Source: Octopus sinensis (lineage: Eukaryota). From it: DNA of 64,000 bases. Positions 50,813 to 64,000 of the stretch are shown here, one piece after another. Within the stretch, counting starts at the first letter, position 1. Every line of letters begins with the position of its first letter. Made by a program: the position numbers and the translations under genes. The stretch covers positions 130,634,001 to 130,698,000 of the forward strand of contig NC_042997.1 in NCBI RefSeq assembly GCF_006345805.1, in the 5' to 3' direction. Under the pieces are notes generated by a model that saw nothing but the letters and a program-made list of their open reading frames with translations, was not told the origin of the DNA and ran no database searches.

Positions 50813-51525
50813 TCACCAAACCAAAATAATTTGATATTTTATAATGAAGAATGTACACACACGTGTGCATGTGCGTGCAGACACACACATACACACACTA
50901 AGTGCATCAGAGTTGTCTTAGTCTCTTGGTTGTTGATATCTCAAAATGTCTTACAAACATTTTGTCTGTGCATACAAATGGAAGACAGATTACTAAAACA
51001 AAAGAATTCAAAATAATCCAACCTAATAGGTGCATATGGACATATATATTAAGTGAATAGTAAATATGTGACTGACTGTTTCTTTTCAAAGAACTGGCTA
51101 TGGCTAAAAAAAAAACAAAAAAACAATTCCATGTAGAACATTTAAAATTCTATGTCATCTGTTTACTGAAGATTTGTAAAAATAATAGAACTACACTTTC
51201 AAACCACAGCAACTTATCTTGTTGATCCCCAGGTCAACCTAGAGCAAAACTGAATCAAATACATTCCAGCCATGACTGTCCCATCCATTTTTTTGGAATA
51301 TCTACAACATTATCCAATATGTTCTTCTTTGTTTAAGACAGTGAGGCAAAAGTTGATTTGAAGAACATTTCGCTGTTATTTCTTGTAGATGAAACAACTA
51401 GACAAAGGTTCCTTCATTGGTAAAATTTATTCTGTGTCATAGGTTGTAATTTTATTGCTGCTATCAAATATGCACAATGGTAACAGTATGGACTGAAGCT
51501 TCCACTTTAAGAAATAAGAGACATA

Positions 51526-52815
51526 CGAGAGACGTTCAATAAGTAATGCTCCTGACCCACTTGCATTTGTGTGATCTAGCTGAAATTTTGCATGTGCAAT
51601 TATTTATATCTCTATAGATTAAGTGGCAAATTACAGCTCTGAACTAATTGTGGTTTCTGATTTACAGGTGTTTGAACAGAGTCAAGTGTGAAATGGAGCC
51701 AGTTGAGTGTCGAGCAGTGATCCGGTTTTTGTATTTGAAAGGACGCACACCACGGGAGACTTTTGATGAAATGAAAGTAACTTATGGTGATGATGCCCCA
51801 TCATATGACCTTGTAAAACGCTGGCATCGTGAATTTAAACATGGTCGGAACTCTGTGGAAACAGCTCCTACATCTGGTCGCCCCCTTCTGCCATTGATGA
51901 GGCATCTGTCCGTCAAGTTGAGGCTGCCATTTTGGAAGATCGACGCATAACTATTCGCCAAATAGCCCATGAGGTCAAGATAAGTACCGGGTCTGTGGAA
52001 ACTATCATTCATGACCATTTGCATATGCAAAAGGTGTCTGCCAGATGGATTCCCAGGTTGCTCACACCTTTCCAGAAGCAAGAACGCGTCGAGTGCTCGA
52101 GGATGAATTTGGAGATGTGCCAAGAAGATGAGTCAAACTTTTTCAGAAGACTGATTACACAGGATGAAACCTGGGTCCATCACTATGATCCAGAGACCAA
52201 AGCCCAGCCAATGCAGTGGAAGCACCGTGACTCACCTCCTCCAAAGAAGGCAAGGGTGCAGCCTTCCGCTGGCAAGGTCATGCTCACAGTCTTCTGGGAC
52301 CAGGACGGAGTAGTGATGACAGATTTCCTGGCAAAGGGTACCACAATTACAGGAGCCTATTATGCTTCACTTTTGAAGAAATTAAGAGAAGCTATCAAAA
52401 TCAAGAGGCGGGGCAAGATCAGCAAAGGCATCCTCCTTCTGCAGGACAACGCTCCGGTCCACAACTCGCGTGTCGCCAGATCAAAAGCACAGGCGTGCGG
52501 CTATGAACTCCTCCCCCATCCCCCTACTCTCCTGACCTTGCACCCTCTGATTTTCACCTCTTCCCAGCCATGAAGTTGTTTTTGAAAGGAAAGTGTTTCC
52601 CATATGATGCAGCCTTGATTCTGAAGTCGCGTCGTGGTTGGAGGACCAAACTGGGGTCTTCTACAAAAACGGTCTCCAGAGCTGCATTAAACGATGGGAG
52701 AAATGCGTAACTCTGGGTGGTTCCTATGTAAAAAAAGACTAATAACTGTGCCAAGTTTCGTTGCTCTACTGCTATGGGAAGTGGGTCAGGGGCATTACTT
52801 ATTGAATGCTCCTCG
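51526..52815 (+). mobile_element. Full-length mariner (DD34D), 1290 bp, TA TSD, frameshifted transposase 51693-52742
   Basis: TIRs cgagagacgttcaataagtaatgctcctgacccactt / aagtgggtcaggggcattacttattgaatgctcctcg. Motifs WIPRLL, ITQDETW, LQDNAPVH, YSPDLAPSD (34 aa between the last two D). About 3 frameshifts. Confidence 0.95.
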
Positions 52816-53554
52816 TATGGAACTCTGATGCTGGCATCTTAGTTAAGCAATTCTAATGATAGAAAACTTCATTCATATCAAGTATAACAATATTGCTTTT
52901 ACCACAGTTCTTAAGTACAAAAGATCATTGGTGAATAACATTTGAAAATGTATCTCCAAAATACATAAATACAGCTAGCTTTGGCTACCTTTTTGAATTT
53001 AATACCTCAACCAGCTGCGGGCATGTTTATAAGGTCAAAACACAACACAGTATCCCTCATCATCATTATTTAACGTCCATTTTCCATGACGGTATGGGCT
53101 GGTCGATTTGACAGGAACTGCACCAAGCTTCAGTTGTCTGTTTTGGCATGGTTTCTATGGCCAGATATCCTTCCTAATGCTAGTCACTTTACAGAGTGTA
53201 CTGGGTGCTTTTTATGCAGAACCAGCACAGGTGTTTTTCACATGGCACCAACATGGGAGATTTCAAAAACCTGTTTCCATATTCAGAATTGTGGAAACAT
53301 AGAGTAAACTGCCTGCACTGGTTGTTAGCTATCAAGACACTCCATCCCTTCAAAAATTCCATGTGCTCTCTTTCCTTTCCATGGCTCTTTTAATGTTCAC
53401 TTTTCTGAGGGTTATTTTAGCATTTTTATCCTGTGTATTACACATGTACTTTTGGTTATCATTGCTGTCTTCCTTTACTTGATTTATTGTTGCCTTCTGT
53501 CACTTCTTTTACTCTTATTATTATTATTTGATAAATCAAATTTAATGATTGGCA

Positions 53555-53995
53555 TCCGTGCTAGTGTAGCACCATCCAAGCGTGATCGTTGTCAAAGCAG
53601 CTAACTGGCTTCTGTGCCAGTGGCACATAAAAAGCACCATTCGAGCATGATCATTATCAGTGTCACCTTACTGACACTTGTGCCGGTGGCATGTGAAAAA
53701 ACATTTGAGTGAGGTTATTGCCAGTGCCACTGGACTGGCTCCTGTGCAGGGGGCACATAAAAAGCACCATTTGAGCATGGTTGTTGCCAGTACCGCCTGA
53801 CTGGCCCTCATGCCGGTGGCACGTAAAAGCACCCACTACACTCTCGGAGTGGTTGGCGTTAGGAAGGGCATCCAGTTGTAGAAACTCTGCCAGATCAAGA
53901 TTGGAGCCTGGTGCAGCCATCTGGTTCGCCAGCCCTCAGTCAAATCGTCCAACCCATGCTAGCATGGAAAGCAGATGTTAAATGATGATGATGTC
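53555..53995 (-). mobile_element. Family 3 (RTE-tail-type) repeat with internal tandem units
   Basis: Reverse complement of the 13010-13440 type; ends in (GAT)n. Confidence 0.8.
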
Positions 53996-56900
53996 ATAGA
54001 GGAAAGAGAGAGGAGGGAGAAATTTAAAACAGATGATTATATATAATCAATTTCTGTAAAATGTTAGGTTAGAGGGGTTGTCTTTTGTTGGGGATGGTGC
54101 ATATGGAAGTATGTTGCCAAAGATTGGGATAGATTCCTGGAGAGAGGAGCGGGGCAGAATGAGTGAAGGATTTGACAAAGAGAAATGTCACTTAGGAGAA
54201 CACCATTTGTGAATGATGCAAGGAACATTCCTTGTTGCTTGATGGGTCAGAGTGATTGTAATTGTTGTTTCTTAGCCATTGGTCACCTTTGGTCAAGCAA
54301 ACCTATGATGAAAAATGTTCTGCTGTGGCCATCGTGCTACATTATCTGATGCATCTTACGTTTTTTAAGACATTAGAATGAGATTTAAAGATTTTCCCTG
54401 TTATTTCTAGTCGATTGAACAACTGCTCATAATGGCTCCTTTGTAGGTTTGTGATAGGTTTTGCATGTGGTGACTGCATGTACATAGAGGTGAGGCACTG
54501 TGACAACAATATCCTCATCAAATGATAAAATGATGAAAATGATGTATTGAAAAGATCAATTACAGAGCCCTTAAAGCCCTAAAAATAGCAGAAAAACTTT
54601 CACCTAAGGCCATCTTGTAGTAGCTCTGCAAAAAGGTTATCCTGGATAAAAAGCCATTTGAGTTTGTGACTCACAAGTACCTTGTACACACTCAGTTTCA
54701 TCAGAAATAACTTAAGACTAAACAACATCTTATAGTAACATTTCACTGCATCTTTATAAAACCTTGTTTCTTTATTTTATTTTATCAAAATAATAATTAA
54801 AGAACAGAACAAAAAATAATTAAAATAATAGTAATGAAATCAACATTTCTGTGAAAAAGATTTTATTTTATTTTATTTTAGCAGCAGTTAAAGGTTCAAC
54901 TGGCTTCATTGACTGTCCATGATGAGTAATGTGACATAACACATTATATATCACATTTAGTAACAAATTCCTTATACTGGTTATAAAATATATCATATTC
55001 CATGGCAATCTCTGGTCATGATATATCAGTTTCTGTAAGAGACACCATCCAGCATCTAGCTTCATTTAATAGCGGGTTTTGAAAGAATTTTACAATTTTA
55101 CATTGAATATGGATGGGATGGTTCTATGGATTTGGATATGAAATATTATTTCTTTATTTTTTTAATAATTTCTTTATTTTTCATATAAAAGATTAAAGTC
55201 AGAGTTGTTTCACTAATGCTACCCTTGGGATTAGCACATTTTTTTACAGGTAGACATTCAGAGAGTAATGACCTTCAGAATACAGTATAATGGTTCTCTA
55301 TTTTTTAAAATTTTAATTCACATTAACCTTTTAGAGACCAACTCTGGTTCTATGATACAAACTTTTTGTTTCAAAGTGGTCTAAATTAAAATTTTCTATC
55401 AAAATTTCAAGTTAATTTTGATCTAAACAACAATTTAGCAATAACAAAATTATTTTATTAAATTCTTCATATTTTCCAAATTAATTGAAACAAAAGCAGC
55501 TATTTCAACAGAAATATGGTAAAATAAGGGTTAAAACAGGTCTCCACAGGGAAATAATCATTAGAATCCTCATTGGTTGGTAAAACATGGTTGATATTAA
55601 GTGAATTGATAGTGACTTATGAGAACTAGGAAATGGATTTATGGCAGTTTCAAAGTCATTCAAATGAAAGAGAAATTATGGAAGAACTGTATATAATTAA
55701 CAGGTTTTTTTTTTTATTAATGTATGTACAGGAAAAATTATTTCTTATTAATCATTAAGTGAATTATTAAGTTTAGCCATTGATGAAAAGATTTTCAGCT
55801 GAAATCTATAACGTAGCCATAAAAATTTTCAAATGTTTTTTGTTTCCAAAATTCTTCAAATGCTTTTGTCATAGTAGAAAATAATTTTTATAGCAAATCT
55901 TTGAAAAATTTAACAATTGTTGATCGATTCATAGAGCATGAAAGCATGTATATAACAACCAAAATTAACAAATTATCAAATGACTTTTGATGGCCAATAC
56001 CTCAGAATGTAATGATGAACTTCCCAATAGATGGGAACAGTAGAGATTGATGTTATCAATAAGAGTAGATTTAGCAAATCATTGAATAGTTTGCTTGAAT
56101 ACTGCTGGTATGAGTTAGACAAGGATGAAGTAGAACTGTCTGAAGTCTTTACACACATACACACACAGATACATTTTCTCAATTTCACTTCAGAGCTCTT
56201 AACCACCATGTGTTTGTTAGGTGAATAGCTAAGAGGTTCATATTGCATAAACAGACCATTCAGTTGCCTCATTTTTATACAGCCCATAATACTATCATGT
56301 TATCTCTCTTGTTCACAGAGAAGCCATAATCAAAGCCAAATATGTTATAGATGCTAAAAGACTCCTCAATGTCAAGAGACTCAGTTGCAGAGAGATAAGG
56401 CAGTAAACTGTATGGAAGCACTTCGAACGATGTTTGGTGGGTTAATCTGGGGATGGAATTTAGCCATTCCTGACTTATTTTCCAACATTCTGTTTTCAAT
56501 GGGATGGTAATTGATTAGAAAATTGATGATCCAGTTTGAAATGAAATGAAATCTGTAAATGTACAAATGTAGCAAAAAAAAAAAAAAAAAAAAAAATCCA
56601 CAGTTGTGCCTGTGTGATTGATATTTCAATAAAATGCATAAATTTTTTCATGCCACATTTAAAATATAGGCAAAATGTCATTGATAAAATTTTTTAAATG
56701 AGCAACAACTTTTAATATAAAATAGAATTTTAAGAAAATAATATGATTTAAAAATTTGTCAAAGATACAATTTTGGTATTCATTTCATCATTGGTAAAGT
56801 CTGACTGCTTGGTAACTGTGTGCTGAGAGAAGACCAGTTCTTTCTGTTGGCATCACACCTAAAACTAGAAAATTATAAATCATATTTAATGAAACATTTA

Positions 56901-57021
56901 CATATATTTTACATTGGAAATAACTTTTAAAGCTGATGAATGTCAGTGAAAAGTGTTGGAGAGACCTAACCAGATTTAACTGAGGCTGTTCCTTGTTCCC
57001 TAATACAAATTTTCTCATTTA

Positions 57022-57795
57022 CTCTTTTACTTATTTCAGTCATTTGACAGCAGCCATGCTGGAGCACCGCCTTTAGTTGAGGAAATAGATCCCAGGATTT
57101 ATTCTTTGTAAGCCTAGTACTTATTCTATTGGTTTCTTTTTTGCCGAACCACTAAGTTACAGGGACGTAAACACACCAGCATTGGTTGTCAAGCGATGTT
57201 GGGGGGGACAAACACAGACACACACACATATATATATACATACTAGCAGTATCGCCCAGCGTTGCTCGGGTTTGTAAGGGAAATAACTATACAAGCATTT
57301 TTAGAGAGTTATAGCCAAAAAATAGCAAAAAAATGGAAAAAAAATTATGGTAAATTTTTTTTGAGAGTTAAAAGGGTCGAGTTGCGTCCCCTAGACAGTC
57401 TGTGGTTTGTGTTTCTGATTCTCGACCCCATGTCGAATTTATCGATTTTTTTCAGAACTGGGGGAACTTTTCAAAATTTTCGCTGCATTAGTTTTGAATT
57501 ATGACATTGGGCTACGTGTGTGTCAAGTTTCATCAGAATCGGTTGAAAGCCGTGGTCAGGGTGAGGGTACAAGCAAACAGACACACAGAAACACGCACAG
57601 ACAAACTGCCGTTTATATATAGAGAGATATACGACGAGCTTCTTTCAGTTTCCGTCTACCAAATCCACTCACAAGGCTTTGGTCGGCCCGAGGCTATAGT
57701 AGAAGAGACTTGCCCAAGGTGCCATGCAGTGGGATTGAACTCGGAACCATGTGGTTGGTAAGCAAGCTACTTACCACACAGCCACTCCTGCGCCT
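57022..57795 (-). mobile_element. Family 2 SINE interrupted by a Helentron/HINE-like element (57241-57628)
   Basis: SINE halves flank an insert that begins tactagcagtatcgcccagcgttgctcggg (short hairpin) and ends acagacaaactgccgtttatatatagagagat, the DINE-1/HINE-type terminus layout. Confidence 0.7.
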
Positions 57796-58469
57796 ATTTA
57801 GTGTAACCTAAATTAAAGCCTGTCAAAATTTCATGTTAAGTTATGTTCCAAACAATGGCTTAAGTTAATTTACTAAATTCTTCATTATTTTAAGAATGAC
57901 TTAAAACACAGGCAGAACTTTTCAATTGCAATATGGTAACAAAAGGGTTAAATAGGGAGTATTGAATTAACTAGAATGAGATAATTTTGTGAAAGAGTTC
58001 TGTTGGTTCTTTTTCATCCATTATGTCTCATCAAGGCAGAATTTTGTTTGTCTAAAAAAATAAATGTTGTTACATAATTATAAAAACATTTTTTACTTAT
58101 TACAGTCATTGAACTGTGACTGTGCTGAGGCAATGCTACGAAAGGTTTAGTTGAATGAATTGACTCATCTGCTTACTTTTCAAAATCTGGTACTTATTCT
58201 ATAAGTATCTTTTACCGAAGTGCAAAGTCATGGAGGTGTAAACAAACCAACTCTGGTTGTCAAGTGGTGGAGGGGGACAAACACAATTATACACACCTAT
58301 ATATATATATGTGTGTGTGTGAGTGTGTGTGTGTGTATGTGTATATCTATCTATCTATGTATATATATATATATATATATATACATACATGATCAGTAAA
58401 CTGTTTCCAGTCTGCTATAATGAATCCATATATATATATATATATATATATATCTGTAAAATAATATGT

Positions 58470-58640
58470 GACAATTATTCAATAGCCAAGATAGAGTTTC
58501 GGCTGCCGAGGTGGAAATCCACAACACCATCTCTTCGGTTATCTGGCCATCTGAAAAATGCCTCTATTTATTCTATTTACATAATATTGAGGTCTCTTTC
58601 TTTCTTTTGTTATCTTACTGTTTTTACCAATATATATATA
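58470..58640. mobile_element. Non-autonomous derivative of the 4867-7322 PLE terminus, with internal inversion
   Basis: 58505-58547 matches the pLTR ribozyme region in minus orientation; 58572-58632 matches the 7265-7322 tail in plus orientation; flanked by (TA)n. Confidence 0.8.
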
Positions 58641-60613
58641 AAACATCGAAGAGTATATGTTTTCCCTCTGAAGATACTATGCTCAGGCACTGAATATTAA
58701 TAGAAACAGCTGTAAGGGATGATGATCAACTTGTTGTTAATAATATACAATTATTAGCTTCCAATCTCCATTCTCTTTTTTCTCCTTTATATATATATGT
58801 GGGGGAGGGGCTTCCAACTTCTGTCCACCAGATTCACTCACAGAGTATTGGTCAGCCCAGGACTGTAGTAAAAGACATGTGCCCAAGGTGCAATGCAGTG
58901 AGACTGAACGCAAAACCACATGGTTGCAGCGCTAGCCCAAACTCCACAGACTTCACAAATCTCCCACACTCAGCACCCAAACTACTTACGCAAACATCAC
59001 AATTGTTACCCACACTGCATAGAGTATGTCTTTATACACAAAGAATAAAGTTTGGTCGACACTAGAATAATTGATTATTCAAACTGCCAACCTTCATATT
59101 CTCACTTCTATTTTGTATAGTTGTCTATTTTCTCTGATTTGATCTGGTATTAACTTATCAACTAGAATCTGGAATCGAAAAAAAACTGGGAGAGATCTAC
59201 ATTGGCAAAAATTCATCTTCAGGAGAGTTCCCAGAAATTCCAAGCATTGCACTTTTCATTCAACATGGCAGTTATGCTTTTACCTTATACTTGAACCAGT
59301 CACTTGACTGTGGCCATGCTGGGGCACAACATTCAAGAGTTTTAGATGAACAAATTGACACCAGTACTTATTTTTAAGTCTGGTATTCATTCGGTTGATA
59401 TCTTTTGATGAACTGCTAAGTTAGATGAAACAAAGCAACATTAGTTGTCAAGTATTGACAAACACAAAGATGGACACACACACACACACACACACACATT
59501 CATACACACACATACTCATACATACACTCATACACACACACATACACATATATATCGTGCTGCTGGACTGGCTCCTGTGCAGGTGGCACGTCAAAAACAC
59601 CATCTGAGCATGGCCGTTGCCAGTACCACCTGACTGGCCTTCATGCCGGTGGCACATAAAAGCACCCACTACACTCTCAGAGTGGTTGGCGTTAAGAAGG
59701 GCATCCAGTTGTAGAAACTCTGCCAGATCAGATTGGAGTCTGGTGCAGCCAACCAGTCTTCAGTCAAATCGTCCAACCCATGCCAGCATGGAAAGCGGAC
59801 GTTAAATGATGATGATGATGAGTTTCATAGTTTCCATCTACCAAATTCACTCAGAAGGCATTGGTCTGTCTGGGATTATAGAAGACACTTGTCCAAGGTG
59901 CCACACAGTGGGACTGAACCCAAAACCATGTAGTTTCACAATAAGCTTCTTAACAACACAGTCATACCTGTGTCTATTTCTCAACAATTCTTCAGTTCCT
60001 GATGGATCGATATTTTAGCTAATTCACTACAACTGGACATCTAAGATCTTGTTTCTATGACATGTTATACATACTCACTATATGTATTGCCTACACATAA
60101 CAAAGTTGAAGCATACTCCTGCACACCAAACAAAGCCATTTCCCTGCTATATCGAATTACTGCTGTAAATTAGTTCTTTATTTATTTTCACAGATCAAGC
60201 CCATTCTTTGAGTTTCGGCCCTCATTTTCTAGGTTTTTGACAGAGCAATCACACATACACATATGTGCGCATGCAAACACACATATGTCCACACAACATT
60301 GATGTTTGCACTGTCAAGTATGTTTCTATGAATCACACAACTTGTTCATTATGTGACCCAATTCCCAATGATGCCTTCACAAAGAACTAAGTAAGATGGT
60401 TACAGATGCAAACACATTTCTTCATCAACGGAACTGATAGGTTTTCACATGCCCTTCTTATATATATATATATATTAGAAGTAATATATATTAGAGGTAG
60501 TATGTATATATATATATAAGTTCAGCAAAATTTAGATTCAGATGAATACGGTACTTAAGTTAAAGGCACCAGAATTTTGTATGATATTATCCATATAAAT
60601 CAAATGGGCTGAT

Positions 60614-60968
60614 TATAATCAAAATAAGCAACAAGGATATCCAAGGTAGAGTAGTACAATTGTTTCATGCTACTTCATTTTATTAAACACTGTAAGTATT
60701 ACATCAGTTTTAAATTGAGCAATCTTCAGCCACATATAAAATTTTCCAGTTAAACAGACAATGCACATTCTTATCCCTATTTCCCTTATCCCTATTAAAT
60801 AGGGATAAGAATGTGCATTGTCCATTTAACTGAAAAATTCTATATGTGGCTGAAGATTGCTCGACATTTTAAAACTGATGTAATACTTACAGTGTTTAAT
60901 AAAATGAAGTAGCATGAAACAATTGTACTACTCTACCTTGGATATCCTTGTTGCTTATTTTGATTATA
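60614..60968. repeat. About 355-bp near-perfect fold-back palindrome between (TA)n tracts
   Basis: tataatcaaaataagcaacaaggatatccaagg... / ...ccttggatatccttgttgcttattttgattata; centre ~60796 with a short ttatccctatt duplication. Confidence 0.92.
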
Positions 60969-61714
60969 TATATATATATATATTACAGGTAGTAAGTTCT
61001 CTTCTGTGTTAATTTAAGACCTTTGGAACTGTTGAAAGAAATATACTTACATCTGCCTGGTCCAGCACTGAGCAATGACAAAATATAAGATATGTCAGTA
61101 TAAGCTTCTACAAATGAGATGCTTTAAAGATATCTTGCCAACTTAAGATGATTTTGATGTTTGTGTATGAGATTAATTATAGTGCTTATTAAAAGTGCCA
61201 TGTAGAAATACTGTGCAGTCAACATGTATTTTATACATTTTATGTGAATTTGTTTTTAACCAGACTCCATTTCAGGTTCATTAAGACTTTTTTGCTTGTA
61301 TTTAAAATCATCATTAGGGTAAACTGAAATTATAGAAATTAAAATATATTAAACTTCGATTATAAAAAAAAAATATATTTCTTCAATTTTTTTGGTAATT
61401 ATTAGAAGATAGCAGATTAAATTATTCAAATATCATTTTCTCCTCTGAAATACATGCATTAAATCTAAGCAAAACAAATCCTGCATATCTGAATCAATAA
61501 ATACACGCATTACATACATATGATTATGGAGAAAAGCAAAGGCTATTGGTTATGGTTTTCACTGCCCCAAATATTTCAGTCCTAAAGGTATTCTCAGAAT
61601 AATGCTTATTAGCTGTTCAATAATAAATCTTTATCAGAAAGATTATATTCTTATGAGAGAGAGAGAGAGAGATAGAGAACATTTGTATACAGACTGAATA
61701 ATAATAAAATAAAT

Positions 61715-61965
61715 AAATGCACCCTTTTAAAGCTCAGCCAGGCTCATGGGCCCAGTTTCCCAGTTTCTATGGCATATGTGTTCCCCAGCTGGACAGGACG
61801 CCAGTCCATCGCAGCGTTACTCATTTTTGCCAGCTGAGTGGACTGGAGCAATGTGAAATGAAGTGTTTTGTTCAAGAATGCAGCGCATTGCCTGGTCCAG
61901 GAATTGAAACCACAATCATAAGATCATGATGGTGACACCCTAACCACTAAGCCACGCGCCTCCAC
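61715..61965 (-). mobile_element. tRNA-derived SINE (family 4)
   Basis: Minus-strand A box tggcttagtgg and B box ggtttcaattcc. Confidence 0.8.
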
Positions 61966-62590
61966 ATACAGACTGAATAACTTATTCAAAATGTGTATGA
62001 AAGCATCAAATGTCTTAGAGCTAAAACTTTACAAATGGTGAATTCTAAAAATCAAGAAATCTAATTTAGAATAATCTGCTTGAAACCATTGCCTACATGA
62101 GCATGAAATTCTTATGACAATTTGAGCTGCTCTAAATGGTTTCTTATCTTAAAAAATACCAGAGACATTGAAATCTGTCATGGTTGCAGTGTCTCCGTGT
62201 TGTATTTATGATAAATGAAAGGAAAGCTAGAAAAAAAAATCTCAGACACATGCATGGCTGTGTGGTTAAGAAGCTTGGTAATCATGTGGTCTTTGGTTCA
62301 GTCTCACTGCGTGACACCTTGGGCAAGTATCTTCTACTATAGCCCTGGACTTACCAAATCCTAGTGAGTGGATTTGGTACATGGAAACTGAAAGGCTATT
62401 GCATGTATGTGTGTGTGTATGTATATATGTATGTATCTATATATATATATATGTCTGTATATGTATGTATGCATGCATGTATGCATCTATCTATCTATCT
62501 ATATATGTATATGTATATGTGTATGTATTATCTATCTATCTAACATATATATATATATATATATATGTATGTATTATCTATCTATCTAAC

Positions 62591-62637
<47 letters not shown>

Positions 62638-63384
62638 TGTATGTATGTATGTATGTATGTATGTATGTATGTGTGTGTGTGTTTGTCACAGTCTTCTTGC
62701 CTTGACATTATTTGATTGTCATAAATAAAATAACACAGTTCTGCAAGTGGTGTCCCTCATCCCAATCGTTCATGAAAATATATCTAGTCATGGGCAAATA
62801 TTACCTTGCTTGAAAATAGGGAGGGTTGGCAACGGGAAGGGTATCCAACCACAGAAAATCTGCCATGACAAAATTCCATCTAACCTGTGCGAGCATGGAA
62901 AAGTGGCCATAAAATTGATGATGATGATGATGTCTATGTGTGCATCTTTATGTGTGCAATCCCACCCCTCCACTGCATGACAGCCAGTGTTGGTTTGTTA
63001 CATCCTTGTAATTTAGGTCTCTCAAAAGAAACCAATAGAATAAGTACCAGATTTAAAAAAAAAAACAAGAAAAGAAAAGGACACAAGAAAAGTACATAAG
63101 TAAGAAAAGGACATAAGTAATGGGTTTATTTGTTCAACTAAAACCAGTGAGAGCTGGTGCCCCAGCATGTCTGAAATTTAATGTCATAAAAGGATAAAGA
63201 AGTGATTGAATATTATACTTTGACTGATATCATAGTGAATGTATGTGTGATGATTGGATATGTATGTATATGTTTATGTACATGTATGCATGCATATTTG
63301 TCTATGTGTGAAATGTATGAGCATGTATATGTGCATGTATATGTGTATATATATGTACCTCATATCATTGGCACAACAAACAGC

Positions 63385-63900
63385 TAGAACAGTTTCATAT
63401 AAGGACACTGTGCAGGATCGTGGCATTCCCTAGCAGGACAGAGTGACAAACCAAAATGTGTTGGACAGTGGCAGTTCAACAAGCATTGAGTCAATGTTGC
63501 TGAAGGCTCAGTTACACTGGACTGGCCATGTCATCTGAATGACCGACAGCCATGTACCCAGACAGCTCTTATATGGCAAACTCATGCAGGGCTCATGCAG
63601 ACGAGGAAGGCCTAAACTTAGGTGTAAGGAGACACTGAAAAGCAACCTCAAATAGAGTGGCATTAGTCCACATGAACTTGAAGCCTCTGCAACAGACAAA
63701 TCCAAATCAGTGTGGAGGTCTCCCACCTCATGAGCAGCAACTGTCTTTGAAGAGGAGCAAGGATAGTGTTTCACTGCTGCAAGAGACAAAAGTCACAGGG
63801 AGTATCCACTTCAATCCTGACAACAGGCTTTCATTGTGGGCATCTGTGTGCTTCTAGTTCTGGACTGTGGAGTCACAAGCACTCTCATCACTGAGAGCAC
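63385..63900 (+). mobile_element. RTE (BovB-like) LINE 3-prime end
   Basis: EQFHIRTLCRIV...IESMLLKAQLHWTGHVI*M...PRQLLYGKL...RGRPKLRCKETLK, and a terminal Cys/His remnant CGHLCASSSGLWSH; stops present. Confidence 0.85.
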
Positions 63901-63935
63901 AGATTTTGTCATTGTTGGACACCGATGGACTACCA

Positions 63936-63974
<39 letters not shown>

Positions 63975-64000
63975 CACACACACACACACACACATATATC

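Noticed and set aside
53560-53830. Repeat-spacer-like array of gtggcacataaaaagcacc units (also 13190-13440 and 23460-23620)
   Set aside because: The inter-unit sequences are homologous to each other, the context is eukaryotic, and no cas genes are present; these are internal tandem repeats of a SINE/LINE tail, not CRISPR.

Overview
AT-rich, microsatellite- and transposon-dense eukaryotic DNA; the repeat landscape looks like a coleoid cephalopod such as Octopus (inference, no search run). The main host feature is a minus-strand multi-exon gene that the ORF track captures only in fragments. Ten phase-compatible GT-AG exons (38862 down to 3610) splice to about 385 aa with two RGS-like domains; more upstream exons are possible. 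The introns and flanks hold: a near-intact Penelope-like retroelement (RT + GIY-YIG) with inverted pseudo-LTRs, each carrying a type I hammerhead ribozyme motif; two further PLE relics; three restriction-like-endonuclease non-LTR elements, one Dong/R4-like inside a (TAA)n tract; RTE and CR1/L2 LINE fragments; several Tc1/mariner elements and MITEs; Helentron-like elements; at least four SINE families; and several long fold-back palindromes. The best lead is a core-intact hammerhead lying sense within the last intron of the host gene. All calls rest on manual reading, translation and motif recognition.
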